DNA of 64,000 bases from Candidatus Eiseniibacteriota bacterium (GTDB lineage Bacteria > Eisenbacteria > RBG-16-71-46). A program made the position numbers and the translations under genes. The notes under the pieces were generated by a model that saw only the letters and a list, made by a program, of their open reading frames with translations, ran no database searches and had not been told where the DNA came from. The stretch lies in NCBI GenBank assembly GCA_033853925.1, contig JAWOLC010000022.1, positions 6,512 through 70,511 of the forward strand, in the 5' to 3' direction. Below, in pieces: positions 41,182 through 52,630 of this stretch; position 1 is the stretch's first letter; each line of letters begins with the position of its first letter.

Positions 41182-42305
41182 GCCCGGGCCGCCGGCTGGC
41201 GCTCGCGCTCCTCGGGGCCGCGATCCTGGCGCCGCCGCAGGCGGCGTCCCGCTCGGCGCCGCCGCCCTGGCGCGAAGGCTACCGCCTGGCCGTGGCCCCC
41301 TACCGCTTCCGCTTCCCGCGAGATCACGCGTCCCATCCGGCGTACCGGGTCGAATGGTGGTACAGCACGGGACGCGTCGCGGCGGGCGAGCGGCGCTTCG
41401 GCTACGAGCTGACTTTCTTCCGCGTCGGCATGGCCGCGGCGTGGCGCGCGAGCCGCTCGGCCTGGGCGCCGCGCGACGTCCTGCTCGCCCACCTTGCGAT
41501 CACGGACGAGTCGCGCGGGCGCTTCCGCTGGACGGAGCTGGCCCAGCGCCCCGCGCTGGGGCTGGCGGGAGCGGACAGCACGCGCTATCACGTCTGGGTG
41601 GACGGGTGGTCGGCGCGGCTGGACGCCGACGGCCGCACGCAGCGGCTGGTGGCGCGGGCGCGCGGCCTCGCTCTCGACTTGGCGCTCGTGCCGCTGCGGC
41701 CGCCGGTCGTGCACGGCGTGGGCGGGATCAGCGTGAAGGGTCCGGGGGAGGGGCACGCCTCGCACTACTATTCCTTCACCCGCCTCGCCACGCAGGGCAC
41801 GCTCACCCTGGATGGCCGCTCCTTCCCGGTGTCGGGGGTGTCGTGGATGGACCACGAGTTCGGCACGAGCCAGCTCGCGCCGGGGCAGGCCGGATGGGAC
41901 TGGTTCGGCCTCAGGCTGGGAGACGGCCGGGATCTCATGCTCTATCGCCTGCGGCTGCGCGGCGGCGGCATCGAGCCGGCTTCGAGCGGGACGCTGGTCG
42001 AGCCGGATGGCCAGGTGCGGCACCTGGCGCTCGCCGACTGGTCCCTCGAGGAGACGGCGCGCTGGCGGAGCCCGGCGAGCGGCGGGGTCTATCCCGCGGG
42101 CTGGCGGTTGCGGATTCCCGGCGCGGGGCTCGACCTGACGGTGCGTCCGACCGTCCCCGATCAGGAGCTGGTCACCGGGGGCAGCACGGGCGTCACCTAC
42201 TGGGAGGGCAGCGTGCTGGTGCAAGGCATCTCGCGCGGGCGCGCCGTCGCGGGAGACGGCTACGTGGAGCTGACGGGCTACGCGGGAAGGCCGCCCGGGT
42301 TCTGA
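41178..42305 (+). CDS. Lipocalin-like AttH/CrtC-family secreted protein
   Basis: FPRDH, EWWY, SHYYS, SWMDHEF, GWDWF, YWEG, GYVELTGY. Confidence 0.92.
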   Translation: MSPGRRLALALLGAAILAPPQAASRSAPPPWREGYRLAVAPYRFRFPRDHASHPAYRVEWWYSTGRVAAGERRFGYELTFFRVGMAAAWRASRSAWAPRDVLLAHLAITDESRGRFRWTELAQRPALGLAGADSTRYHVWVDGWSARLDADGRTQRLVARARGLALDLALVPLRPPVVHGVGGISVKGPGEGHASHYYSFTRLATQGTLTLDGRSFPVSGVSWMDHEFGTSQLAPGQAGWDWFGLRLGDGRDLMLYRLRLRGGGIEPASSGTLVEPDGQVRHLALADWSLEETARWRSPASGGVYPAGWRLRIPGAGLDLTVRPTVPDQELVTGGSTGVTYWEGSVLVQGISRGRAVAGDGYVELTGYAGRPPGF

Positions 42306-42439
42306 TTGACTTGTCACCCCGGGCGCGCCAGGTTCATCAGCAGGCGGAGCGGATCGGCCGGCGCGCGTCGGCTCCCCCGCGACCATGCCCGGCCGGGACA
42401 CGGCGCGGGGCGTTCCTTGGTGGAGGACAGGAGGCGCGT

Positions 42440-42799
42440 ATGCGGAGAGCGAGAGTCACGGTCGGTCTCGTGGTCCTGGCGCTGGCGGCGATCGGGCTCG
42501 CGGCCAGCCTCGGCTGCCAGGGCGGGACGATCCAGATCAAGACGCTGCTGGACGATCCCGCTCGTTTCGACGGCAAGGTCGTGCACATCTCGGGCCACGT
42601 CGGCGAGTCGGCGGGGCTCCTGGGTTACGGCGCGTACCAGGTGGACGACGGCACGGGCACCCTCAACGTCGTGAGCCAGGGGGGCGGCGCCCCCCGCACT
42701 GGAGCGACGGTCGGCGTCGAGGGCACCTTCAAGTCCGTCTACACGCTGGGAAGCCAGAGCATGGCCGTCCTCCTCGAGACCCGCCGCACGACGAGGTAG
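42440..42799 (+). CDS. Hypothetical OB-fold-like lipoprotein
   Basis: RBS GGAGG, lipobox SLGC; LLDDPARFDGKVVHISG...YQVDDGTG resembles an OB-fold. Confidence 0.75.
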   Translation: MRRARVTVGLVVLALAAIGLAASLGCQGGTIQIKTLLDDPARFDGKVVHISGHVGESAGLLGYGAYQVDDGTGTLNVVSQGGGAPRTGATVGVEGTFKSVYTLGSQSMAVLLETRRTTR

Positions 42800-42912
42800 C
42801 GGCGGCGGGCCGCGCTGTCCTCGGTGGCGCAGGAACAATGGGGGCGCCGGACGCCTTCCCGGGCGACGGCGCCTCCTTGACGACTCCTGATCGAGGCGGC
42901 TAGTCTCGGGAC

Positions 42913-43590
42913 GTGGTTCCCAGGACTGGCCTGCATGTCTTGGCCGCGTTGCTCGCGGCCACCGTCCTAGCTGGTTGCGCCTCGACCCCGCCGGCCGGAG
43001 CGCCGCCTGCTGTCGCCCCAGGCACGGCGCCTCCTTCGACCGTGGGCGAGGACGGCCTGCAGAGCCTCGTGAGCGGGGCCGCGGACTCCGCCTCCGCCGC
43101 GCCCGGCTCGGCCACCGCTCTCTATCGCTACCGCTTCGAGCAGACCGTGCCGGGCAGCGAGCGCTTCACCTTCCAGGATCGGGACCTCTCCTTCTACTTC
43201 AAGCCCGCGCCGGACGCGCTCTACATCCAGATCGAGAACCGCAAGGACCAGCCGGTATGGATCGATTGGGACCGCTGCACCTTCTTCGATCCCCTGGGTG
43301 GAAACGGCGAGGTGGCCCATGCCACGACGGCCTGGAAGGATCGCTTCAGCACCCAGGCGCCCACGCAGATCCCCGGACTCCAGCGCTACAGCGACTACCT
43401 GCTGCCGCTGGACTATCTGGTGGACCCGGCGGGAAGCGACCAGCAGCTCCACCGGCCGCTCCTGCCGGAGGACGCCACGGCCCCGCAGTTCGCGGACAAG
43501 ACGTTCGGCGTGGATCTGGTCTTCCGCATCGAGAACCAGCCGCGCACCTACTCGTTTCGCTTCCGCGTCGCCAGCGTCATCCCCAAGTAG
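42913..43590 (+). CDS. Hypothetical lipoprotein
   Basis: Lipobox LAGC, Pro/Ala linker, beta-rich domain, host-like codon usage. Confidence 0.8.
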   Translation: MVPRTGLHVLAALLAATVLAGCASTPPAGAPPAVAPGTAPPSTVGEDGLQSLVSGAADSASAAPGSATALYRYRFEQTVPGSERFTFQDRDLSFYFKPAPDALYIQIENRKDQPVWIDWDRCTFFDPLGGNGEVAHATTAWKDRFSTQAPTQIPGLQRYSDYLLPLDYLVDPAGSDQQLHRPLLPEDATAPQFADKTFGVDLVFRIENQPRTYSFRFRVASVIPK

Positions 43591-43622
43591 CGCGTTCCGC
43601 GGCGGACCCGCTCCGCCGCCCT

Positions 43623-44945
43623 TCACCCCGCCCCACGCCATTTCCCCGCCACCAGCTTGATGCCGCGTGCCCGCGCGCGCAGGCGGTGCCGTAGATCCTC
43701 GAGGCCCACGGCCGCGTACAGGGCCAGGGCCGGCTCGATGGGCGCGCGGGAGCGCGGCAGCCCGGGGATGAGCACGACCAGGGCGACGAGGTAGAGGATC
43801 GCCAGCAGCGGGAGCGACTGGAACCAGCGCCGGGCACCGCGCATCGTGCGGGCGAGTCCCCAGAGCGAGCCGAGGTAGAGGAGCGCGAACCAGAGGGCGA
43901 TCCCGCTGGGCAGGCCCCGCGCCAATCCTCCGCGGGATCCGCCCGGTCCGCCCCCGTCCTCGATGCCGAGCCTCCAGAAGCCCGCGAGTCCCCGGGTCGC
44001 CTGCGCGGGCCACTCGTCCAGGCGCCCGCCCACGAAGGCCAGCGCTCCCGCGGCCGCGCCCGTCGGGGACTGCGCGCCCGGAGGAGGACGCGCCCCCGTG
44101 GGCTCCGGCGGTGCCGCGCGGAGGCCGGTGGCGGCCTGCTTCGCGCCCGGAGGGCGGCCGGCGACCGGGCGCCGCGCCTCGCTCGTGATGGGCACGAACG
44201 TCCGGAGCACGACGGCGTTGCGCAGGGTCCAGGGGCCGATGGCCAGCACGACTCCCAGGATCAGGAAGAGCACCTGGCGCACCCTCTCGCGCGGCGCCAG
44301 GGTGAGACCGAGCGGCGTCCAGGCCCACCCCGTGACCAGGATCGGCAGGGCGATCGCCGCGGGCTGTGCGAGCGCGCCGAGCCCCCAGAGCAGTCCGGTC
44401 CCCAGGGCGCGCCCGCGGCGCGGCGTCTTCACCCACTCGGCCGTGGCGAGGAGACCGACGAGCAGGAGGGTCGAGAAGAGCGCTTCTTCGCCGAGGGAGG
44501 CCGACGAGCGCGCCAGCAGTGGATCGAAGATGGCGATCCAGGCTGCCAGCCGCCCGGTCGTGAGGCCGAAGGTCACGCCCGCGAGCGCCACGAGGAGGAG
44601 GGGGACGAGCGAGCCGAGCGCGCATTGCAGGAGGAGCGCCGCGAGCTGCCGATGTCCCGCGGCGCGATAGACGAGGCTCACGAGCCAGGGGAGCAAGGGA
44701 GGAAGGTGCGCCGTGGGCACGGGCCCGGCTGGGCCGTCGAGAGCGAAGCCGGCGCCGCTCGCCAGGTTCCAGGCGACGGAGTCGATGTCGGCGGCGCCCG
44801 CGGGCAGCGGCCGGGCCCCGCCGACGAGCCAGAGGGCGAGGGCGCGAACGGCGAACCCGGCGGCGAAGAGGAGCAGCCAGGGACCCGGATGCGGCCACTC
44901 GCGCCGGTGGGGAAGGCGCTCTCGCGGAGGGGCCAGGGCGTTCAT
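43623..44945 (-). CDS. ArnT/PMT (GT39-like) membrane glycosyltransferase
   Basis: AWNLASGAGF, TAHLPPLLPW, PWTLRN; multiple TMs. Confidence 0.75.
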   Translation of the reverse strand: MNALAPPRERLPHRREWPHPGPWLLLFAAGFAVRALALWLVGGARPLPAGAADIDSVAWNLASGAGFALDGPAGPVPTAHLPPLLPWLVSLVYRAAGHRQLAALLLQCALGSLVPLLLVALAGVTFGLTTGRLAAWIAIFDPLLARSSASLGEEALFSTLLLVGLLATAEWVKTPRRGRALGTGLLWGLGALAQPAAIALPILVTGWAWTPLGLTLAPRERVRQVLFLILGVVLAIGPWTLRNAVVLRTFVPITSEARRPVAGRPPGAKQAATGLRAAPPEPTGARPPPGAQSPTGAAAGALAFVGGRLDEWPAQATRGLAGFWRLGIEDGGGPGGSRGGLARGLPSGIALWFALLYLGSLWGLARTMRGARRWFQSLPLLAILYLVALVVLIPGLPRSRAPIEPALALYAAVGLEDLRHRLRARARGIKLVAGKWRGAG

Positions 44946-45245
44946 GGGGCCAGGGTAGCAAAGAGAGGCCGCCGCGCGCCCTGCGCCGAGCCCGGGGCTC
45001 GCCCCCGGGGGCGGGGCGCCCGCGTGCAGGAGCACGCCGCCGCCCGCGAAAGCATTGCGGAGTGCAATGGCTCGTGGCCCGCGGGGAGCGCGGCGAGCGC
45101 ACGCCCCGCCGCCCACGGCGTGGCCGGCCGCGAGATTGAGCCCCCGCCCCCGGCCATCCGCCGCGGCGGCAGAAGTGTTGCTATGGCGCGCCCGGCCCCA
45201 CGCCGAGGTTGCTCCTCACGATTGTCGAGCCTGCCGAGGTCCACG

Positions 45246-45800
45246 ATGGATCACTACGTCCCGAAGCGCCGCGTACCGGTCACCCTCTGGTCGAGCCACG
45301 CGGAGGGCGTGGCGGGGGCGATCTTCCTCGACCTGGACGCCGCGGGTGTGCGGCATCAGACAATTCTCGAGAAGGTGAACGAGTCCATGCCCTTCCTCAC
45401 CGTCGCCGTGGGGGACGAGGGGCGCATCCACCTCTTCAACAAGGCGCGCCTCGTGCGCGTGACACCCGGCCGGCACGTTCTGCAGAGCGACGTCTTCGCC
45501 CGCGGGTTCCAGCCCTGGCGGGAAGAGGACGCCGAGCTGCGACTGAGTGACGGCGCCTCGCTGAGCGGGAAGGTGTGGATGCCGCTCCAGCGGCAGACCC
45601 AGCGGCTCTCGGACTTCATGAATCAGCAGGGCGCCGGCTTCTTCGTCGTGCTCACGGCGGACGGACCGCATCTCCTCCGCCCGGAGGCGGTGGTGGAGGT
45701 GCGCCTCGCCGAGAGCGCGGGCGCCCCGATCTCCGCCGGTGGAAACGGCGCGCCGGAATCCGGCGCGGAGAGTCCTCCGCTCGACAGCCGCGCGGCATAG
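45246..45800 (+). CDS. Hypothetical protein with two tandem DUF6812-like domains
   Basis: Two similar halves (GAIFLD...ILEKVNE.MPFL; GKVWMP...RLSDFMNQ..GFF). Confidence 0.7.
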   Translation: MDHYVPKRRVPVTLWSSHAEGVAGAIFLDLDAAGVRHQTILEKVNESMPFLTVAVGDEGRIHLFNKARLVRVTPGRHVLQSDVFARGFQPWREEDAELRLSDGASLSGKVWMPLQRQTQRLSDFMNQQGAGFFVVLTADGPHLLRPEAVVEVRLAESAGAPISAGGNGAPESGAESPPLDSRAA

Positions 45801-46063
45801 GCCGCGCCCGCGCCGCGCGCGCTCGCGCCCACCCCAGGCGCGAGCGCGTCGCTTCGCCGTCATGATCCGGCCGCGGTGAGCCGACGCGGCGCTCTCTCGG
45901 GCGCTCGGCCTCGAAGGCGTCGGGCGCGGCGCTCTCTCACGCGCTCGACTTCGATTCCGTCGGGCGCGGCCTCGCCGGCTCTCTGATACAATGCAGCGCC
46001 CGCTTCGTCGGCCGGCATCCCCGAAGCGCGGCCGGAATCTCGTCCCCCTCACGAGGAGCAGCC

Positions 46064-47704
46064 ATGGAGAGCGCGAAGGCGACCAGCGAGAAACGCGAGC
46101 GCGCACTGGCGGCATTCATCGACCGACTGGTGGAGGAGATCGAGCCCCTCCACCGGCAGCACAATCTGGCCTACTGGCAGGCGAGCCTCACGGGCGATCC
46201 GGCCGCGGAGGAGGAGGCGGCGCGCTTCGACACCCGCCTCCGGCTGGTCTTCTCGCGGCGGGAGGCCTACGCCTTCCTCCGCGCCCTCGAGGCCGAGGGC
46301 GGCGTCGGCGAGGCGAAGCTGGCCCGCCAGCTCGCCATCCTCCTCAACCTGCATCGCTCGCAGCAGATCGAGCCCGCCACGATCGAGCGCCTCGTGCAGC
46401 TCGAGAAGCGCCTGGAGAGCAGGTTCAACACCTTCCGCGCCGTGCTGGACGGCCGGCGCGTCACCGACAACGACCTCCGGCGGGTGCTCGCGGAGTCCGG
46501 CGATGCGGCCGAGAGGCGGCGCGCCTGGGAGGCGGCCAAGCAGGTGGGCGCCGAGGTGGCGGAGGACCTGCTCGAGCTGGTCGAGCTGCGCAACGAGGCT
46601 GCGCGGAGCATCGGCTTCGACAACTACTACGTCATGCGCCTGACGCTCGACGAGCTGGACGAGACGGCGCTGTTCCGTCTGCTGGACGAGGTCGAGCGCG
46701 AGACCCGCGCGCCCTTCGTGCTCTACAAGCGCGGGCTGGACGAGCGCCTCGCCCGCCGCTTCGGCATCGGCCCCGAGGAGCTGCGGCCCTGGCACTACGC
46801 CGATCCCTTCTTCCAGGAGGCGCCGGGGGAGGGGATCGACCTGGATCGCTTCTTCGCCGGGCAGCCGCTCGAGCGGTTCCTGACGCGCAGCTATGCCGCG
46901 GTGGGCCTGGACGTGAGCGGGCTGCTCGGGCGCGCGGATCTGTACGAGCGGCCCGGCAAGAGCCAGCACGCCTTCTGCGTCTGCGTGGATCGCGGCGAGG
47001 ACATCCGCGTGCTCTGCAACGTGCGGCCCGACGAGCACTGGATGAGCACCCTGCTGCACGAGTTCGGGCACGCGGTCTACGACCTGCACATCGACCCCTC
47101 GCTGCCCTTCGTGCTGCGCGAGCCCGCGCACATTCTCACGACCGAGGCCAGCGCCATGCTCTTCGGGCGTCAGTCGAAGAGCGCGGCGTGGCTGGAGCGG
47201 CACGCCGGCGTCCCGGCGGACGAGGCCCGGGCGGCGGCCGCGGCCTGCGCTCGCGCACAGGCGGCCCAGCTCCTCGTGCAGGCACGCTGGATGCTGGTGA
47301 TGGCGCACATGGAGCGGGCTCTCTACCGGGATCCTCGGCAGGACCTGGACGCGCTGTGGTGGAGCCTGGTCGAGCGCCTGCAGCTCGTGCGCCGGCCCGA
47401 GAGTCGCCAAGCGCCGGACTGGGCGAGCAAGATCCACTTCACGACCGCGCCGGTGTACTACCACAACTATCTCCTCGGCGAGATGATGGCCTCGCAGCTC
47501 AAGGCCCACATCCTGAGGGTGGTGCTCGGCGGCGGGCCGGAGGCGGAGTCTCGCTTCGTCTCGAGCCCCGAGGTGGGGGCGTTCCTGGCCGAGCGGTTCT
47601 ACCGCGACGGGCGCCGCCGGGACTGGCGCGGGACCCTCGAGCGGGCCACGGGGGAGGCGTTGTCGCCGGCCGCGATGGTGGCCGAGGTGACGCGAGCGCT
47701 CTGA
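46064..47704 (+). CDS. M3/M2-family zinc metallopeptidase
   Basis: HEFGH (HExxH), RPGKSQHAF, TEASAM, PDWASKIH, YYHNY; RBS GAGGAG. Confidence 0.92.
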   Translation: MESAKATSEKRERALAAFIDRLVEEIEPLHRQHNLAYWQASLTGDPAAEEEAARFDTRLRLVFSRREAYAFLRALEAEGGVGEAKLARQLAILLNLHRSQQIEPATIERLVQLEKRLESRFNTFRAVLDGRRVTDNDLRRVLAESGDAAERRRAWEAAKQVGAEVAEDLLELVELRNEAARSIGFDNYYVMRLTLDELDETALFRLLDEVERETRAPFVLYKRGLDERLARRFGIGPEELRPWHYADPFFQEAPGEGIDLDRFFAGQPLERFLTRSYAAVGLDVSGLLGRADLYERPGKSQHAFCVCVDRGEDIRVLCNVRPDEHWMSTLLHEFGHAVYDLHIDPSLPFVLREPAHILTTEASAMLFGRQSKSAAWLERHAGVPADEARAAAAACARAQAAQLLVQARWMLVMAHMERALYRDPRQDLDALWWSLVERLQLVRRPESRQAPDWASKIHFTTAPVYYHNYLLGEMMASQLKAHILRVVLGGGPEAESRFVSSPEVGAFLAERFYRDGRRRDWRGTLERATGEALSPAAMVAEVTRAL

Positions 47705-47799
47705 CAGGGCCGAGCGCCGCGACCGGCGCGGGTGTTCCTGACATCTCCCGGACCGACCGGCCGCCGATCCGGGCCGGGCCTGGCCGCATCATAGAGGCC

Positions 47800-49041
47800 A
47801 TGGTCGAGGCCGGTGGAACGTCAGTGGGGCCGCGCCGCGCCCGCGCGGTCAGGCTGCCTCGCTGGACCCGGGGGCTCGCCGCCTGCGCCTTCCTCATCCT
47901 CCTCGCCGTCCCCGGGCGCGCCGCCGCCGACGCGGACGACGAGGAGGTCTCCCTGGCCGGCATCTTCGTGGATCCCGCCCGCTTCGTGGCGGGCGGCACG
48001 GCGGACCAGCGCCCCGTGCTGGCGCCGGGCGCGCCTCGGCGCCTGGGCTTCTTCGATCTCCGGCGGCGGCAGTACTTCACGGTGATCGGCTTGCCGCCGG
48101 GGCAGGTCCGGCCCGGCGGGCTCGCCAGCCTGGGCGACACGGTGGCGATCCGCGGTCACGTCCGGCGCGCCGCGGGCGCTGCCGCCGTCACGATCGAGGC
48201 CGTCTACCCCGTGGACCGCCAACCCGCGGCGAGCTTCTCGTGGTGGCCCTGGGAGTGGCATCTGAGCGTGCTCGCGGGCTGCGGTCTGCTCGCCCTTCTC
48301 TACCTGCTGGCCATCGGGCCCTGGCGCGCGCGGCTCGATCCGCAGGCGGCCCCCGCGGGGACGGGCCCCGTGGCCCTCTTCCTGGGCGGGATCGCGGTGC
48401 TGGTCCTGGCCCTCAACGGTCCGCTCGACGAGTTGAGCGACGACTCCCTGTTCTGGATGCACATGCTCCAGCACATGCTCCTCGCCCAGGTGGTCCCGCT
48501 CCTCCTGCTCCGCGGCCTGCCGCCGTGGCTCCGGCGCCGGCTCCTGCGCCATCCGACCGTGAGCCGCCTCTGGGACTTCGTGGCCGGCGTGCCGCTGGGC
48601 TTCGTCCTCTCCGCCGTCGTGCTCGGCCTCTGGCACGTGCCCTCGTTCTACGACCGGATGATGCGCAGCGAGACCGTGCACGTGGCCATGCACCTCATGC
48701 TCATGGGCACGGCGTTCCTGATGTGGTGGCCGATCGCGGGGGGAGACGCGGCGCGCCGGCCCCTCAGCGCGCCGGGGAAGATGCTCTACCTCTTCCTGCT
48801 CGGCTTTCCCATGATGATCGTGGCCGCGCCGATCGTGCTCGCGAGCCGGCCGCTGTACGAGTGGTACGCCCTGGCGCCCCGGCTGGGGGGGATGAGCGCG
48901 CTCGACGACCAGCGCCTGGGCGGGCTCATCATGTGGATCCCGGGGGGTCTCTTCTACTGGGCGGTGGCCTCCGTCATCTACTTCCGCTGGGCCGCGCGCG
49001 AGCAGGAGCCCGAGCCGCCCTTGCTCCCCCGAGCCGTCTGA
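47800..49041 (+). CDS. Cytochrome c oxidase assembly factor CtaG (Caa3_CtaG) with N-terminal extension
   Basis: LFWMHMLQHMLL, WHVPSFYD, HVAMH, DQRLGGLIMWIPG; start uncertain. Confidence 0.85.
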   Translation: MVEAGGTSVGPRRARAVRLPRWTRGLAACAFLILLAVPGRAAADADDEEVSLAGIFVDPARFVAGGTADQRPVLAPGAPRRLGFFDLRRRQYFTVIGLPPGQVRPGGLASLGDTVAIRGHVRRAAGAAAVTIEAVYPVDRQPAASFSWWPWEWHLSVLAGCGLLALLYLLAIGPWRARLDPQAAPAGTGPVALFLGGIAVLVLALNGPLDELSDDSLFWMHMLQHMLLAQVVPLLLLRGLPPWLRRRLLRHPTVSRLWDFVAGVPLGFVLSAVVLGLWHVPSFYDRMMRSETVHVAMHLMLMGTAFLMWWPIAGGDAARRPLSAPGKMLYLFLLGFPMMIVAAPIVLASRPLYEWYALAPRLGGMSALDDQRLGGLIMWIPGGLFYWAVASVIYFRWAAREQEPEPPLLPRAV

Positions 49042-49333
49042 GGCGCGGCCGGCCGGGCCGGCCGCGCTGGTACCTCGGGAGCCTCGCCTTCGCCTTAGGT
49101 GGGGTATAGAATGCGACCCGTCCCGGAGTCCGGCCGCCCGTCTCTCCGCTTCCGGCGCCACTCGCCTTGCCCGCCGATGCCCAGTGGCCCGGCGACGGAC
49201 ACGGACCTCCGCGCTCGAACCAGATCGATCCAGAGTCTCAGCCATCGCCGCGCCGACCACGTGCGCCTCGTCGAGGCGCGGTCGCCTGCCGGGTAGGCGC
49301 GGAACGCAGCCAACCACGAGGAGGAGGTGCCGG

Positions 49334-50638
<1,305 letters not shown>

Positions 50639-50768
50639 CCGCGCTCGCGAGGACGCGCGGGCCGGGGAGCGATCCCCGGCCCGGCGTGTTGTCCGGGGCG
50701 GGCGCGGGTGCGATAGTCGGCGGCCGCGCGCCGTCCGGATCTTCCCTGCGGCGCGCCGGAGGGCGCCG

Positions 50769-51794
50769 ATGATCCTGAGCGTCATCCTCCCGGGCGCGGC
50801 GCTCGTCGCGCTCGGCCCGGGCCTGCTGCTGGCGAGCGGTGTCACGCTCGGCCTGATCGTGGCGGGCGCGGCGGTCCTGGGCGGCGCCGTGCTGCTCGGC
50901 TTCTATCCGCATCTGCCGCGGGACCTGGGCGGGGCCCCGAACCTGGACCGCGAGGCCCGGCACGTGCGGATCGCCGTGGGCGAGGACGACGCGCTCGACG
51001 GCTGGCTGCTGGCGCCGCGCGAGCCGGCGGTGGTGCTGGTGCTGCACGGCTACGGCCGCGACCACTCCCGCGCCTGGCGCTATGCGGCCTTCCTGCACGC
51101 GGCCGGCTACGGAGTCCTGGCCGTGAACTTCCGCTCGTCGCGCTGGAGCCGGCGGCTGCCCACCACGCTCGGTCACCACGAGATCGTGGACGCGCAGGCC
51201 GCGCTGGACTGGCTGCGGGCGGAGCCGGCGCTGGCCGGCCACGCCCTGGGGCTGCTCGGCGAGTCCCTGGGCGGCTCGGTGGCCGTGATCGTGGCGGCGG
51301 CGAACCCCGAGGTGGTCGCGGTGGTCGCCGACGGACCCTTCGTGCACGCGACGCTGGCGCTCGAGGATTCCTCCGAGCGCTGGGCTCGCCTGCCGCGGCG
51401 CTCGGCGCACCTGGCGCGGGCCCTGGGCCGCGTCGTCACCGGCCACGACCTGGGCGAGGTGGACGTCGAGCCCGCGGCCGCGCAGCTCGCCGACCGGGCG
51501 CTCTTCCTGATCCATGCCATGGCCGACAACCGCCTCTCGGTGGAGCACGCGCGGCGACTGTGGCGGGCGGCGGGGGCGAGGCATCCTCTCTGGCTCATAC
51601 CCGGCGCCGGGCACAACGAAGGCTGGAAGCGGCACCGGGCGGAGTACGAGCGGCGCGTCCGCGCCTTCTTCGACCGCTATCTGCTGGGCCGCGGCCCGGG
51701 TCTGCCGGCCGGCGAGAGCCTCTGGCCCGAGGCTCCCCGGGCCTCGGCCCGCCCCGTGCCCGAGGCCGCTGCGAGAAAGCCGCGGCTCGGGTAA
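50769..51794 (+). CDS. Membrane-anchored alpha/beta hydrolase
   Basis: LHGY, GESLGG nucleophile elbow, D and GAGH triad residues. Confidence 0.9.
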   Translation: MILSVILPGAALVALGPGLLLASGVTLGLIVAGAAVLGGAVLLGFYPHLPRDLGGAPNLDREARHVRIAVGEDDALDGWLLAPREPAVVLVLHGYGRDHSRAWRYAAFLHAAGYGVLAVNFRSSRWSRRLPTTLGHHEIVDAQAALDWLRAEPALAGHALGLLGESLGGSVAVIVAAANPEVVAVVADGPFVHATLALEDSSERWARLPRRSAHLARALGRVVTGHDLGEVDVEPAAAQLADRALFLIHAMADNRLSVEHARRLWRAAGARHPLWLIPGAGHNEGWKRHRAEYERRVRAFFDRYLLGRGPGLPAGESLWPEAPRASARPVPEAAARKPRLG

Positions 51795-51804
51795 GCTCCG
51801 CCGC

Positions 51805-52614
51805 ATGTCCGCCGCCTTCCCGGCCCGCATCCACCTCGGCACCCAGGGATGGTCGTATCCCGACTGGGTGGGCTCCTTCTATCCGCCCGGCGCCCGGCAG
51901 GAGGACTGGCTGCCCTTCTACGCGCAGGTGTTCGACACCGTCGAGCTGGACACCACCTTCTACCATCCGCCGCGACCCTCGGTCGTCCGCTCCTGGGATC
52001 GCCACACGCCCGCCGGCTTCGTCTTCACGGCCAAGGTGCCGCAGAGGATCACCCACGAGTCGCGCCTCGCGAACATCGGCGAGCACCTGACCGAGTTCGT
52101 GGAGGCCCTGGCGCCGCTGGGGGAGAAGCTGGGGCCGCTGCTCGTGCAGATGCCGGCCGAATTCGAGCGCGACGCGGGAACGGCCGGCGTGCTGGATCGC
52201 TTCCTCGCCGCCGTCCCCCGGGACGTGCGCTTCGCCGTCGAGTTCCGGCACGTCTCCTGGCACGTGCCGGAGACGCGCGAGTTGCTCCGCCGCCACCGCG
52301 CGGCGCTGGCCTGGACCGAATGGCGCAGCCTGCCGCGCGTGACCGAGCTGACGGCGGACTTCCTCTACTGCCGCTGGCTCGGCGACCGCCGCGAGATCGA
52401 GCGCTACGATCGCCTGGTCCTCGACCGCACGGGCGAGCTGGGGGCGTGGCAGGCCGACCTCGAGCGCGCCCTGCCCGAGGTGCGCGAGGTGTTCGGCTAC
52501 TTCAACAACCACTGGGCGGGCCACTCGCCGGCGAGCGCGAACGAGATGAAGCGGCGACTGGGGCTCGCGCCGATCGCGCCCAGGGAGCTGTGGCCGCAAG
52601 GGGAGCTGTGGTGA
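51805..52614 (+). CDS. DUF72 domain protein
   Basis: GTQGWSYPDW, VELDTTFY, FTAKVP..ITH, VEFRH, YFNNH. Confidence 0.93.
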   Translation: MSAAFPARIHLGTQGWSYPDWVGSFYPPGARQEDWLPFYAQVFDTVELDTTFYHPPRPSVVRSWDRHTPAGFVFTAKVPQRITHESRLANIGEHLTEFVEALAPLGEKLGPLLVQMPAEFERDAGTAGVLDRFLAAVPRDVRFAVEFRHVSWHVPETRELLRRHRAALAWTEWRSLPRVTELTADFLYCRWLGDRREIERYDRLVLDRTGELGAWQADLERALPEVREVFGYFNNHWAGHSPASANEMKRRLGLAPIAPRELWPQGELW

Positions 52615-52630
52615 GGAGGCACGCACAGCC

